64,000 nucleotides of DNA, taken from positions 263-64,262 of the forward strand of contig JAFSRD010000037.1 in the NCBI GenBank assembly GCA_017446265.1, in the 5' to 3' direction. Positions within the stretch are counted from its first letter, which is position 1; each line of letters starts with the position of its first letter. Source of the DNA: Treponema sp. Lineage in GTDB: Bacteria; Spirochaetota; Spirochaetia; Treponematales; Treponemataceae. The notes beneath the pieces were generated by a model. It saw only the letters and a program-made list of their open reading frames with translations, had not been told where the DNA came from and did not search any database. A program made the position numbers and the translations under genes. This document shows, in pieces, positions 55,901 to 64,000 of the stretch.

Positions 55901-56668
55901 ATGACACTCATAGAACTTGACAATTATTTCAACTCGTTTTTGCGTAAGGAAAATTTTGCAGCCGACCCATCGCGGAATGGCATTCAGATTCAAAACAGCG
56001 CGCCGACCGAAAAGCCTATCGAAAAAGTTGCGTTTGCAGTTGACGCGTGCGAAGCAACTGCCCTTGCAGCAGCAGCGTGCGGTGCGCAGGCGCTCTTTGT
56101 ACACCACGGTTTATTTTGGGGCGGCTGCACGGTACTCACTGATTCGCACTACAAGCGCGTTGCCGCGTTTATCAAGAACGACATTGCGCTCATTGCGTAT
56201 CACATTCCGCTCGACGCGCACGAAAAAGTGGGAAACAATTACGGGCTTGCTTCCCGTATCGGTTTAAAAAGATGCGTACCGTTCGGCGAGTGGCATGGCA
56301 TGACGCTCGGAGTAAAAGGCGAACTGCGTTCTTTGCTTTCTATTGACGAACTTGCCCGTTGTGCGCTGCGTTCTGAAAAAACGCCATGCGCCATTCTGCC
56401 GTTTGGCAAAAAAGATATACGCACAGTGGGAATCATTTCAGGCGGCGCAAGCGAAGATGTTGTGCAAGCGGCGGCCGAAAACCTTGACGCATATATTACC
56501 GGCGCATTTGAGCACGAATACTATCACATTGCAAAAGAAGCAGGCATCAACGTGATTGCAGGAGGTCATTACGAAACAGAAACAGTTGGCGTGAATCTTG
56601 TACGCGCAAAACTCGAAAAAGAAAAGCGCATTCAAACAACGTTCATCGACATACCGACTGGGTTGTAG
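55901..56668 (+). CDS. Nif3-like dinuclear metal-centre protein
   Basis: ..ALFVHHGLFW.., ..AYHIPLDAH.., ..GGHYETE.. motifs. Confidence 0.88.
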   Translation: MTLIELDNYFNSFLRKENFAADPSRNGIQIQNSAPTEKPIEKVAFAVDACEATALAAAACGAQALFVHHGLFWGGCTVLTDSHYKRVAAFIKNDIALIAYHIPLDAHEKVGNNYGLASRIGLKRCVPFGEWHGMTLGVKGELRSLLSIDELARCALRSEKTPCAILPFGKKDIRTVGIISGGASEDVVQAAAENLDAYITGAFEHEYYHIAKEAGINVIAGGHYETETVGVNLVRAKLEKEKRIQTTFIDIPTGL

Positions 56669-56702
56669 TGTATTTACGCACGCCTGTTTTATCAGTATAT
56701 TT

Positions 56703-57251
56703 ATGCGTATGGAAAAGATAAAAAATCTTTCGGAAAAATTGCTGCCGCTTGTGCTCACAGTTTTTATTGTTGCGGTAGACCAAATCACAAAGATGGTAGT
56801 TGCTAAAACAATTGCACCGTTTTCAATCGGGAAATCGTTTTTCGGCGATTTGCTGCGCATTGTGCATGTGTCAAACACAGGTGTTGCGTTCAGCGTAGGC
56901 GACTCTCTGCCAGACGCAATGCGGCGTTTTCTGTTTGCGATTCTTCCGCTCGTTGCAATCATACTTGTTCTTGCCGTGTACTTTAGAAATGATGATTTTA
57001 CAAAATTGCAACGGTGGCTGGTGTGCGGCATTGTGGGCGGCGGGCTTGGAAATCTTATTGACAGGTTTTTTCGCGCGGAAGGCGTTGTTGATTTTATCGA
57101 TGTGAAATTCTTTGGTTTGTTTGGACTGGAGCGTTGGCCCACGTTCAACGTTGCGGATTCTTCTGTCGTCGTGTGCGTTATTATTTTAATGATTTCACTG
57201 CTTGCCTCAATCAATAAAACTGAACGCGAGGAAAAAACTGCCAATGCCTGA
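56703..57251 (+). CDS. lspA: lipoprotein signal peptidase II
   Basis: Motifs NTGVAFS, VDFIDV and FNVADS. Start at the ATG 56703. Confidence 0.9.
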   Translation: MRMEKIKNLSEKLLPLVLTVFIVAVDQITKMVVAKTIAPFSIGKSFFGDLLRIVHVSNTGVAFSVGDSLPDAMRRFLFAILPLVAIILVLAVYFRNDDFTKLQRWLVCGIVGGGLGNLIDRFFRAEGVVDFIDVKFFGLFGLERWPTFNVADSSVVVCVIILMISLLASINKTEREEKTANA

Positions 57252-57636
57252 AAATAATTTTGTTAATAATGAGATTGAGGAAGAAAAAAAGCGGCATGCG
57301 GAGTTGCGAAAAAAATCTGAACAAAAACGAAACACGGTGATTTTTATGCTATGCGTGAGCATTGTAGAAGTAGCGCTCATGCTTGCGTTTATGGTTGCGT
57401 TTTATATTCTTGCTGCCGTTGTCATTTACCGCGTGTTCAATGCGCAATCTGCCGTGCCCATGCAGATTATGTCGCCGCTTGCATTTATAGGTGGCGTTGT
57501 TGTCGGATTTATTTTGCACAAAAAAATTATGTGTTTCTTTATCAATATATTGCACTTGCAGAATAAATTGCAAGACGGTATTGCAGACCATTATTTATCG
57601 CGTAAAGCGTGGATGAAAAAGCATGGAAGGCGGTAA
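57244..57636 (+). CDS. small membrane protein, hypothetical
   Basis: The start overlaps the lspA stop. Two or three TM helices after a charged N-terminus. Confidence 0.6.
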   Translation: MPENNFVNNEIEEEKKRHAELRKKSEQKRNTVIFMLCVSIVEVALMLAFMVAFYILAAVVIYRVFNAQSAVPMQIMSPLAFIGGVVVGFILHKKIMCFFINILHLQNKLQDGIADHYLSRKAWMKKHGRR

Positions 57637-57640
57637 GTAC

Positions 57641-58372
57641 GTGAAGTTTGGCATAATCGGCGCAATGGAAATAGAAGTGCAAACGCTTGTTTCAAGAATG
57701 ACGTCAGAAAGTGGGAGCGGTGTACCAAAGTTGATTCATGCAGCCTCGCTAGATTTTTACGATGGAATGTTGCACGGTGTGCCTGCTGTTGTGGTGAAAA
57801 GTGGCATTGGCAAAGTTAATGCCGCGCTTTGTGCAGAACGTCTTGTGCATGACTTTGGGGCAACGCATGTCATCAATACGGGAATTGCAGGAGCAATGGC
57901 GAGTGGACTTGGCGTATTCGACATTGTTATTTCTACAGATGCGCTGTATCACGATGTTGACGTAACGGGCTTTGGCTATGAACCGACAGTAATTCCACAA
58001 ATGATGGAGAGTTGTTTTCGTGCAGATGACATGCTTATCCATGTTGCAGAAAAAGCATTTGAAAAAACAGCTGCGGCAAAAAATCATATGGTAATAAAAG
58101 GACGCGTTGCTTCGGGCGATCAGTTTATTTCAAGTGCGACGGCAAAAAAACGCATACAGGAAGTATGCAATCCTGCGTGTGTAGAAATGGAGGGAGCTGC
58201 AATTGCTCATGCGTGTTATCTCAATGGCATTCCGTTTGTTATTATTCGCGCTATGAGCGACATGGCAGATGACGGCGAGGAAACATCGTACAAGTTTAAC
58301 GACACGGAAGCGGCAGAAGAGAGCGCGGCAATCGTTATTGAAATGTGCAGGGAGTTAGCGGGCAAAGCCTAG
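57641..58372 (+). CDS. mtnN: 5'-methylthioadenosine/S-adenosylhomocysteine nucleosidase
   Basis: A GTG start gives MKFGIIGAMEIEV, the canonical family N-terminus (alternative ATG at 57623). ..EMEGAAIAH.. motif present. Confidence 0.9.
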   Translation: MKFGIIGAMEIEVQTLVSRMTSESGSGVPKLIHAASLDFYDGMLHGVPAVVVKSGIGKVNAALCAERLVHDFGATHVINTGIAGAMASGLGVFDIVISTDALYHDVDVTGFGYEPTVIPQMMESCFRADDMLIHVAEKAFEKTAAAKNHMVIKGRVASGDQFISSATAKKRIQEVCNPACVEMEGAAIAHACYLNGIPFVIIRAMSDMADDGEETSYKFNDTEAAEESAAIVIEMCRELAGKA

Positions 58373-58505
58373 CCCGCCGTGTAGTGCCGACAGTCTGAAA
58401 TTAGTTTTGTATAAAACTAATTTCAGATGAGCGAGAAGCGAAGCACGAAAGGGCGGTTCTTCAAAGCAGCATGCTTCAAAAAATAGAAAAGATTAAGGAT
58501 GAAAA

Positions 58506-58979
58506 ATGGAGCAAAAAAAATATAATGTAGACAGTTTTAATCTTGATCACACAAAAGTTACCGCGCCATTTGTCAGGCTTGCAGGAAAAAAAATTGGCGC
58601 ACACGGAGATGTTGTTGCAAAGTTTGACATACGCTTTACACAGCCGAACAAAGCGTTTATGTCTACAGGCGCAATTCACACTATTGAACATCTTGTTGCA
58701 GAGCATATTCGCGACGAAATGGAAGGTGTCATCGATTTTTCTCCGATGGGGTGTCGTACAGGTTTTTACTTTACGCTGTTTGGCGATGTCGATGAAGCAT
58801 ACGTGGCAGAGCATATGCTCAACGTGCTCAAAAAAGTTTCTGCGTGGGAAGGAAGCGTGCCTGCAACAACAGAAAAAGAATGCGGCAATTATAAAGACCA
58901 CGATTTAGCGCTCGCAAAAAAAGCTGCTGGCGATTGGGTGCGCGGCATAGAAGAGCGCGGATGGAATTGCTATAAATAA
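58506..58979 (+). CDS. luxS: S-ribosylhomocysteine lyase
   Basis: HTIEHL and GCRTGFY motifs. Confidence 0.95.
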   Translation: MEQKKYNVDSFNLDHTKVTAPFVRLAGKKIGAHGDVVAKFDIRFTQPNKAFMSTGAIHTIEHLVAEHIRDEMEGVIDFSPMGCRTGFYFTLFGDVDEAYVAEHMLNVLKKVSAWEGSVPATTEKECGNYKDHDLALAKKAAGDWVRGIEERGWNCYK

Positions 58980-59012
58980 GATTCAGTTGTTTGCGCTGTC
59001 ATTTGACACTGG

Positions 59013-61010
59013 CTATTTCTTTTTCCACAACATGACGCGCATGGCGTTTGCAATTGCGAGCAGGGCAACCCCTGTGTCGCCGAACACAGCCGTCCACATG
59101 TTTGCAATGCCAAGTGCGCCTAAAATCATTATTGCAGCCTTTACGCCGAGCGAAAAAATGATGTTCTGTTTGACGATTGCAACTGTCTTTTTTGAAATGC
59201 TGACAGCATCTGCAATTTTTGCAAGCTCATCTGTCATTATCACGACATCGCTTGATTCAATCGCTGCATCGCTTCCAAGCGCGCCCATTGCAATGCCTGC
59301 ATCTGCTCGCGCAAGCACAGGCGCGTCATTTATGCCGTCGCCCGCAAACAATAGCGTGCCGCGTTTTTCTTTCGGTTTGTTGCCGAGTTCTGCAAGCAGC
59401 GACTCAACTTTTTCAACCTTATCGTCTGGCAACAGTTCCGAAAACACTGTGTCAATGCCTATGTCTTTTGCCACGTTTTCTGCCACAGCCTTATTGTCTC
59501 CGGTGAGCATTGCAAGTTTTTGCACGCCGAGTTTGCGCAGCTGTGTCATTGCAGCTGCCGCATCTTCTTTTGTTTTGTCTGATATGACGATGTGCCCGCA
59601 GTATGTGCCGTCAACTGCCACGTGAACAACGGTGCCAAAATCATTTTTGTTGCACGAAACAATGCCGCCTACATGCTGCTCTTCCATGAGCTTCATGTTG
59701 CCAACGAGCACTGTCTTTCCGTCAAGCAGCACTTTAATCCCTTGCCCGCTTATCTCTTGTGCGTTAGAAACAGTTGCCATGTTGCAACAGTCGCCCGAAT
59801 GCGCTGTCTTTATTGATTTTGAAATAGGATGATTTGAGTACGTTTCCGCGTGGGCGGCGAGTGCGATGAGCTCATCTTCTTCAATGGGCGCATTATCTGC
59901 TACATGCACGTCAGTCACAATGAACACACCTTTTGTCAATGTGCCTGTTTTGTCGAACACCGCTGTCTTTGCGCGCGCCAGCGTCTCAATGCTTTCGCTG
60001 CCTTTGACGAGGATGCCGTTCTTGCTCGCGGTTCCAATGCCGCTGAAAAAACTCAATGGCACGGAAATGACGAGTGCACATGGGCATGACACGACGAGGA
60101 AAATCAGTGCACGGTACACCCATGTGTGAGCGTCGCGTGTTACAATCGACGGAATGACTGCGAGCAGTAATGCGGCAATGCAGACGGCAGGCGTATATGC
60201 GCGTGCAAAGCGTGTGATGAACCGTTCTGACCGTGCTTTTTTCTCTTGTGCATTTTCAACAAGCGCAATGATTCTTGCGGCAGCAGATTCACCTGCAATT
60301 CTAGTCGTTTTGATTTCAAGTACGCTTTCCGTGTTGATTGAGCCTGCCATGACATCGCTACCTTTAAGCACTTGACGCGGTACAGGTTCTCCGGTAAGAG
60401 CTGACATGTCAAGGAATGATTTTCCTGCCGTAACGATGCCGTCAATCGGGATGCGCTCGCCGGGCTTAACAATTATTATTTCTCCAACGCCCACGTCATC
60501 GGGAGAAACTTCAAGCACATTGCTGCCGTTCTTTATAAACGCTTTGTCGGGGCGTATTTCCATAAGCGCTTCGATAGAGTTACGCGACTTGTCTGCGGCT
60601 TTGTCCTGTGCGTACTCGCCAATCTGATAGAGCAGCATGACGGCAACAGCTTCTGCATATTGCCCGACAAATACAGCGCCGAGCGAGGCTACAGTCATCA
60701 AAAATTGCTCGTCGAACAAGGAACCGCGCAAAATATTTTTCACCGCGCCCATGACAACGTTTTTTCCGCACAGAATATACGACACAAGAAACAGCAGCGC
60801 AGCGGCAAGCTCATCTGTAGAAGCGAATTGTCCAAGTGAAAGACCGGCAGTTGCAAAAAAATGTGCGTGCTCTACTATGATTCCCGCAACAAAAAGAACT
60901 GCGGCTATGATGATTTTTTTCAAACCTGTTTCATGTTCTTGCTCATGCTCGTGGTGATGCTCGTTCCCGCAACATGAGCAGCGTGCAATGCGTTCCATAT
61001 TTATCTCCAA
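59013..61010 (-). CDS. heavy-metal (Cd/Zn/Co-type) translocating P1B-type ATPase
   Basis: His-rich N-terminus (CCGNEHHHEHEQEHE), CPC in TM6, DKTGTLT, GDGINDAP. Confidence 0.93.
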   Translation of the reverse strand: MEINMERIARCSCCGNEHHHEHEQEHETGLKKIIIAAVLFVAGIIVEHAHFFATAGLSLGQFASTDELAAALLFLVSYILCGKNVVMGAVKNILRGSLFDEQFLMTVASLGAVFVGQYAEAVAVMLLYQIGEYAQDKAADKSRNSIEALMEIRPDKAFIKNGSNVLEVSPDDVGVGEIIIVKPGERIPIDGIVTAGKSFLDMSALTGEPVPRQVLKGSDVMAGSINTESVLEIKTTRIAGESAAARIIALVENAQEKKARSERFITRFARAYTPAVCIAALLLAVIPSIVTRDAHTWVYRALIFLVVSCPCALVISVPLSFFSGIGTASKNGILVKGSESIETLARAKTAVFDKTGTLTKGVFIVTDVHVADNAPIEEDELIALAAHAETYSNHPISKSIKTAHSGDCCNMATVSNAQEISGQGIKVLLDGKTVLVGNMKLMEEQHVGGIVSCNKNDFGTVVHVAVDGTYCGHIVISDKTKEDAAAAMTQLRKLGVQKLAMLTGDNKAVAENVAKDIGIDTVFSELLPDDKVEKVESLLAELGNKPKEKRGTLLFAGDGINDAPVLARADAGIAMGALGSDAAIESSDVVIMTDELAKIADAVSISKKTVAIVKQNIIFSLGVKAAIMILGALGIANMWTAVFGDTGVALLAIANAMRVMLWKKK

Positions 61011-61074
61011 AAAGTGTGTTATGCTTCACAGCCAGCATTTTTGCCTGTAGACAAGTACGTGCAAGCAGCAGGCG

Positions 61075-61425
61075 CTATTCGCTTATATGTTCTATGCCTT
61101 GACTTAAAATCGTTGTTACATGGTTGTCTGCAAGCGAATAAATGAGCGACTTTCCATTTCGCGTGTATTTTACCAGTCCGTTTGTTTTCAAAATGCGCAA
61201 CTGATGGCTTATTGCAGACTGCGTCATTTGCAGTTCGTTTGCAATATCGTTTACGCTCATATCTGATTCAAGCAGTGCAAACAATATTTTAATGCGCGTC
61301 GAGTCGCCAAATATTTTGAAAAGTTCTGCTAAATCAAACAGTGAATCTTCATCGGGAAGATTTTGCAGAATCGTCGTGCACGCAGTTTTTTCACTGTCTT
61401 TTTCAGACGTTTCATCCTTTTCCAT
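61075..61425 (-). CDS. ArsR/SmtB-family metalloregulator
   Basis: Winged-helix region ..RIKILFALLESDMSVNDIANELQMTQSAISHQLRILK... Sits upstream of the ATPase on the same strand. Confidence 0.88.
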   Translation of the reverse strand: MEKDETSEKDSEKTACTTILQNLPDEDSLFDLAELFKIFGDSTRIKILFALLESDMSVNDIANELQMTQSAISHQLRILKTNGLVKYTRNGKSLIYSLADNHVTTILSQGIEHISE

Positions 61426-61440
61426 AAATAACCTCGCACC

Positions 61441-61467
61441 CTGTTTGATAGCGGAGTTATCAAACAG
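61441..61467. promoter_or_regulatory. putative ArsR-family operator (ctgtttgata-N7-tatcaaacag)
   Basis: Perfect 10-bp inverted repeat, 16-42 nt upstream of the regulator's start codon. Confidence 0.5.
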
Positions 61468-61680
61468 TTCTATTATGTTATGATAATATTTGCATATGAG
61501 TAAGTATTCATATAATATAAGAAACGTGCCATGTTTGTCAATATATAAAACGCCCGTAGTAGTTCATATAAAATAACTACTTTTACATAAATTTTCTCTA
61601 AAATGTATATTTTTTTGCTTGCATTTTGACGATAGTAAGAGTATAATATATGTAGGTGGGAAATTTTATGGAGGTTGTTA

Positions 61681-64000
61681 TGACAAAGAGAGTGTGTTTT
61701 TGGGTGATTGCGTTCGTTGTGGTTATTTTTGCTTCAAGTTGCCGCCACTCGACAGACGGCGACGACAACAAACCAGTGCCTGCACCTGCCCCTGTGGTGA
61801 AGAAGCTGGATAAAATTGTTGTTGCAGGAGACGGTGTTACAGAAATCGCTGTAGAAAAAGGTACCGACATAACTACAAATCCTATTTCTACCAAAGGCAT
61901 CAAGATAAATGCCTTGTATAATACAGGAGAAATACTAGTCACGAGAGAGAACGATTTTACGACGGACGGTTGGAGTGTAGATTTTTCACAAATAAACACT
62001 GCGGATGAAACTGATAAAACTAATAATAGAGGTTATACTCAGCCTATAGTTTTCACATATACTTACGAGGGTGTTACAGCAACTGCCGAAGTTCTCGTTC
62101 GCATCGTTGATTCCAATAACTTTGAAAGCATCGAAGTAGTAGACTCTAGTAGAGTTAAAGACCATGATATTGGCGAGACCTTTGACCCATTTGGACTTGT
62201 TGTTCGAGTTGTACTTGACAGTGCCGCTAATGATTATGTAGATGTTATTGATTTTAGCGATGACACAAAATGGACATTTGAAAGTACTTCTGGAACTGGT
62301 ACAGTTGATACATCTGCTGCAAATGATGCATTGCAAGTAACAGTAACATACACAACTAGTTCTAAATCAGATTCTAAAGACTTTACTATTGTGGTATATG
62401 ATGGTGATGATGTTAATTCTATAGAAATAACACAATTCCCAAACAAGACTGAATATGACTATGGTTCAACTGATCTTGATTTAACAGGATTAAATGTAAA
62501 GTTGATTTTGAAAAAAGATAACAGAGAAGTGCTTGTAAATGACTGGACTGGTGTAAATCAATCTGGTTCTAAATGGACATATACAGGTTTTGATGGAAAT
62601 CAAGATGCAACTCCTCAAGAGATTACGCTGACATATACTACTCGAGGTGGCAATACTTACGATGTAAAATTTACCGTTACTGTTAGTGACAAGATTACTG
62701 GAATCAAACTTGTATCTCCCCCTAATGATTTGGAGTATATTATAGGCGAAACATTTGATCCTACAGGTTTGGAAATAAAGGTATTGCATCTAAATTCTGG
62801 TAATGATTTTACGCGGTCCTTTACTGATGCTTCACAGTTCACAGGCAATTGGGAATTAGCTGGTTGGAATGCTGGCAATGAAGCAGAGGCTTTAGCTCTT
62901 ACTGTAAGATACAAGAACGATGCAGGAAGTGTCATTTATGGTGAATGTTCTTTCAATGTAACTATTTTCTCTATTAGTAACATAAGCATAACACAACCTA
63001 CAGATTATGATGTGATTTACTTTGATGGGGAATCTGTTGAAAATGTCAAAAATATCTATCTTGCAACGGCTGGTGTTAATTTAAACCTTAAGGCGGGTTC
63101 TATTACAAGAGACGAAAATTATCCTGTTACATCACCTATCTTTAGTAGTGTAAATCTAAGTGTTGTAGGAGATGTTAATGCGACTGGCGATAAATTTGAA
63201 TATAAGACAGGAAATGCAACTGTAACATGTACAATTTCATGGGGTAGCCAAACTCGTGATCCAAGCTTTGGTCTTACAGTAAAGAAGACATATCAATTCC
63301 ATAGTGGCATAGTAGGACTTACACCATCTGAAGTTCAGGCATTACCATCATCTGTTGCGGTTCTCGGTGATCATATTTCCTATAGTGCACAAAATATTCC
63401 TTCGAATACTGTAACAACAACCATTTCTGAATTAAAATTTGTTAAATTTGGTGATTATCCACAGAGTGTTGCACCAGATAGTTTGCATGTATACGAAATT
63501 GATGCTCGTAAAACAACTATTGGTGGTATGGATATGTATCTAGGTGCCGATGGAGATTATTATGTTAAGGTTAAGGCTGAAAAGAATGGGCAGGCAGGAG
63601 TTTATAAACTAAGTGATGGTTCAACTCTTGTAGATAAAAAAGAGTATTGGTTCAAAGTGGAGCCAATAGTATGGAGAGTGTTATCTACAAGTTATAATGG
63701 GAATGCATTATTATGGAGTGTAAAGGCAATTGAGCGTATGCCATATTTTGCAGATAGTTACTCTCCTGATGATGCCCAAGTTGCTGGCGAGTTAATAGGT
63801 GGCGGAAAATCTGAAAGAGAGATAGCTGGGGTTGCTGTTCAATGGTCAGATTACAAGTATAGTACTTTGCGTGCATTCTTGCGTGGAGAATACGAGCCTG
63901 AAGATCCACAAGCAAGTGCAAGCTATAAGCAAATTTTTACGGGAAAAGGTGATTCCGAAGTTCTTCTTGAAAAGTTTGACTCTAATGGCAAGAAAAAAGG
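61681..64000 (+). CDS. large surface lipoprotein with repeated Ig-like (Big_3-type) modules and a DUF6273-like C-terminal region; 3' end beyond the window
   Basis: Frame read codon by codon from 61681 to 64000 without a stop; it is absent from the ORF track because it has no stop. ATG 5 nt after GGAGG. Lipobox-like ..VVVIFASSC. Four modules carry the pattern I.GETFDP.GL.V.V. Later ..VKFGDYPQ...EPIVWRVL.. appears. Confidence 0.8.

Noticed and set aside
58373-58505. Possible SAM/SAH-type riboswitch between mtnN and luxS
   Set aside because: Only one AT-rich hairpin and a weak 5-bp outer pairing are present. I could not recognise any of the conserved cores or pseudoknot arrangements of known SAM/SAH classes.

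Overview
64-kb chromosomal segment whose gene content (flgM, HDOD protein, stand-alone DbpA-domain protein, GerMN, ClpP with an acidic N-terminus, loose lipoboxes) suggests a spirochaete, possibly Treponema-like; this is inference only. Positions ~1-8050 form a visibly AT-rich accessory island. It carries orphan genes (two HhH-GPD-like proteins, small secreted proteins, an ankyrin protein, Cys/zinc-ribbon proteins), gene remnants including a multiply deleted NfnB/GltD-like pseudogene, a C10 tract, and a ~66-bp double-palindrome element present twice upstream of unrelated small genes. From 8.1 kb onward the window is higher-GC core chromosome. It contains an AraC-controlled CUT1 ABC / DUF5107-like / NahK-like / nagA / nagB amino-sugar locus, a Na/Pi transporter, clpP, a tandem-cyclase-AAA protein, manA, tcdA, a porin-like OMP, a DUF4139-like protein, a MATE pump, nfnAB-like genes, proS, rsmI, flgM, lspA, mtnN-luxS and a CadA-type ATPase with an ArsR regulator. 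It ends in an AT-rich partial surface-lipoprotein gene that runs off the right edge. No rRNA, tRNA, CRISPR array, integrase or transposase was seen. The strongest unexplained signals are non-coding. First, the island's repeated double palindrome with a shared TGTGCT-N4-5-AGCACA core. Second, a dispersed REP-like palindrome family (6 copies), three copies of which supply the stop codon and last codons of unrelated genes. Third, a ~256-bp GC-rich foldback element with a perfect 34-bp central palindrome, bracketed by a 16-bp direct repeat in a divergent promoter region. All functional calls rest on motifs recognised by eye; no database search was run.
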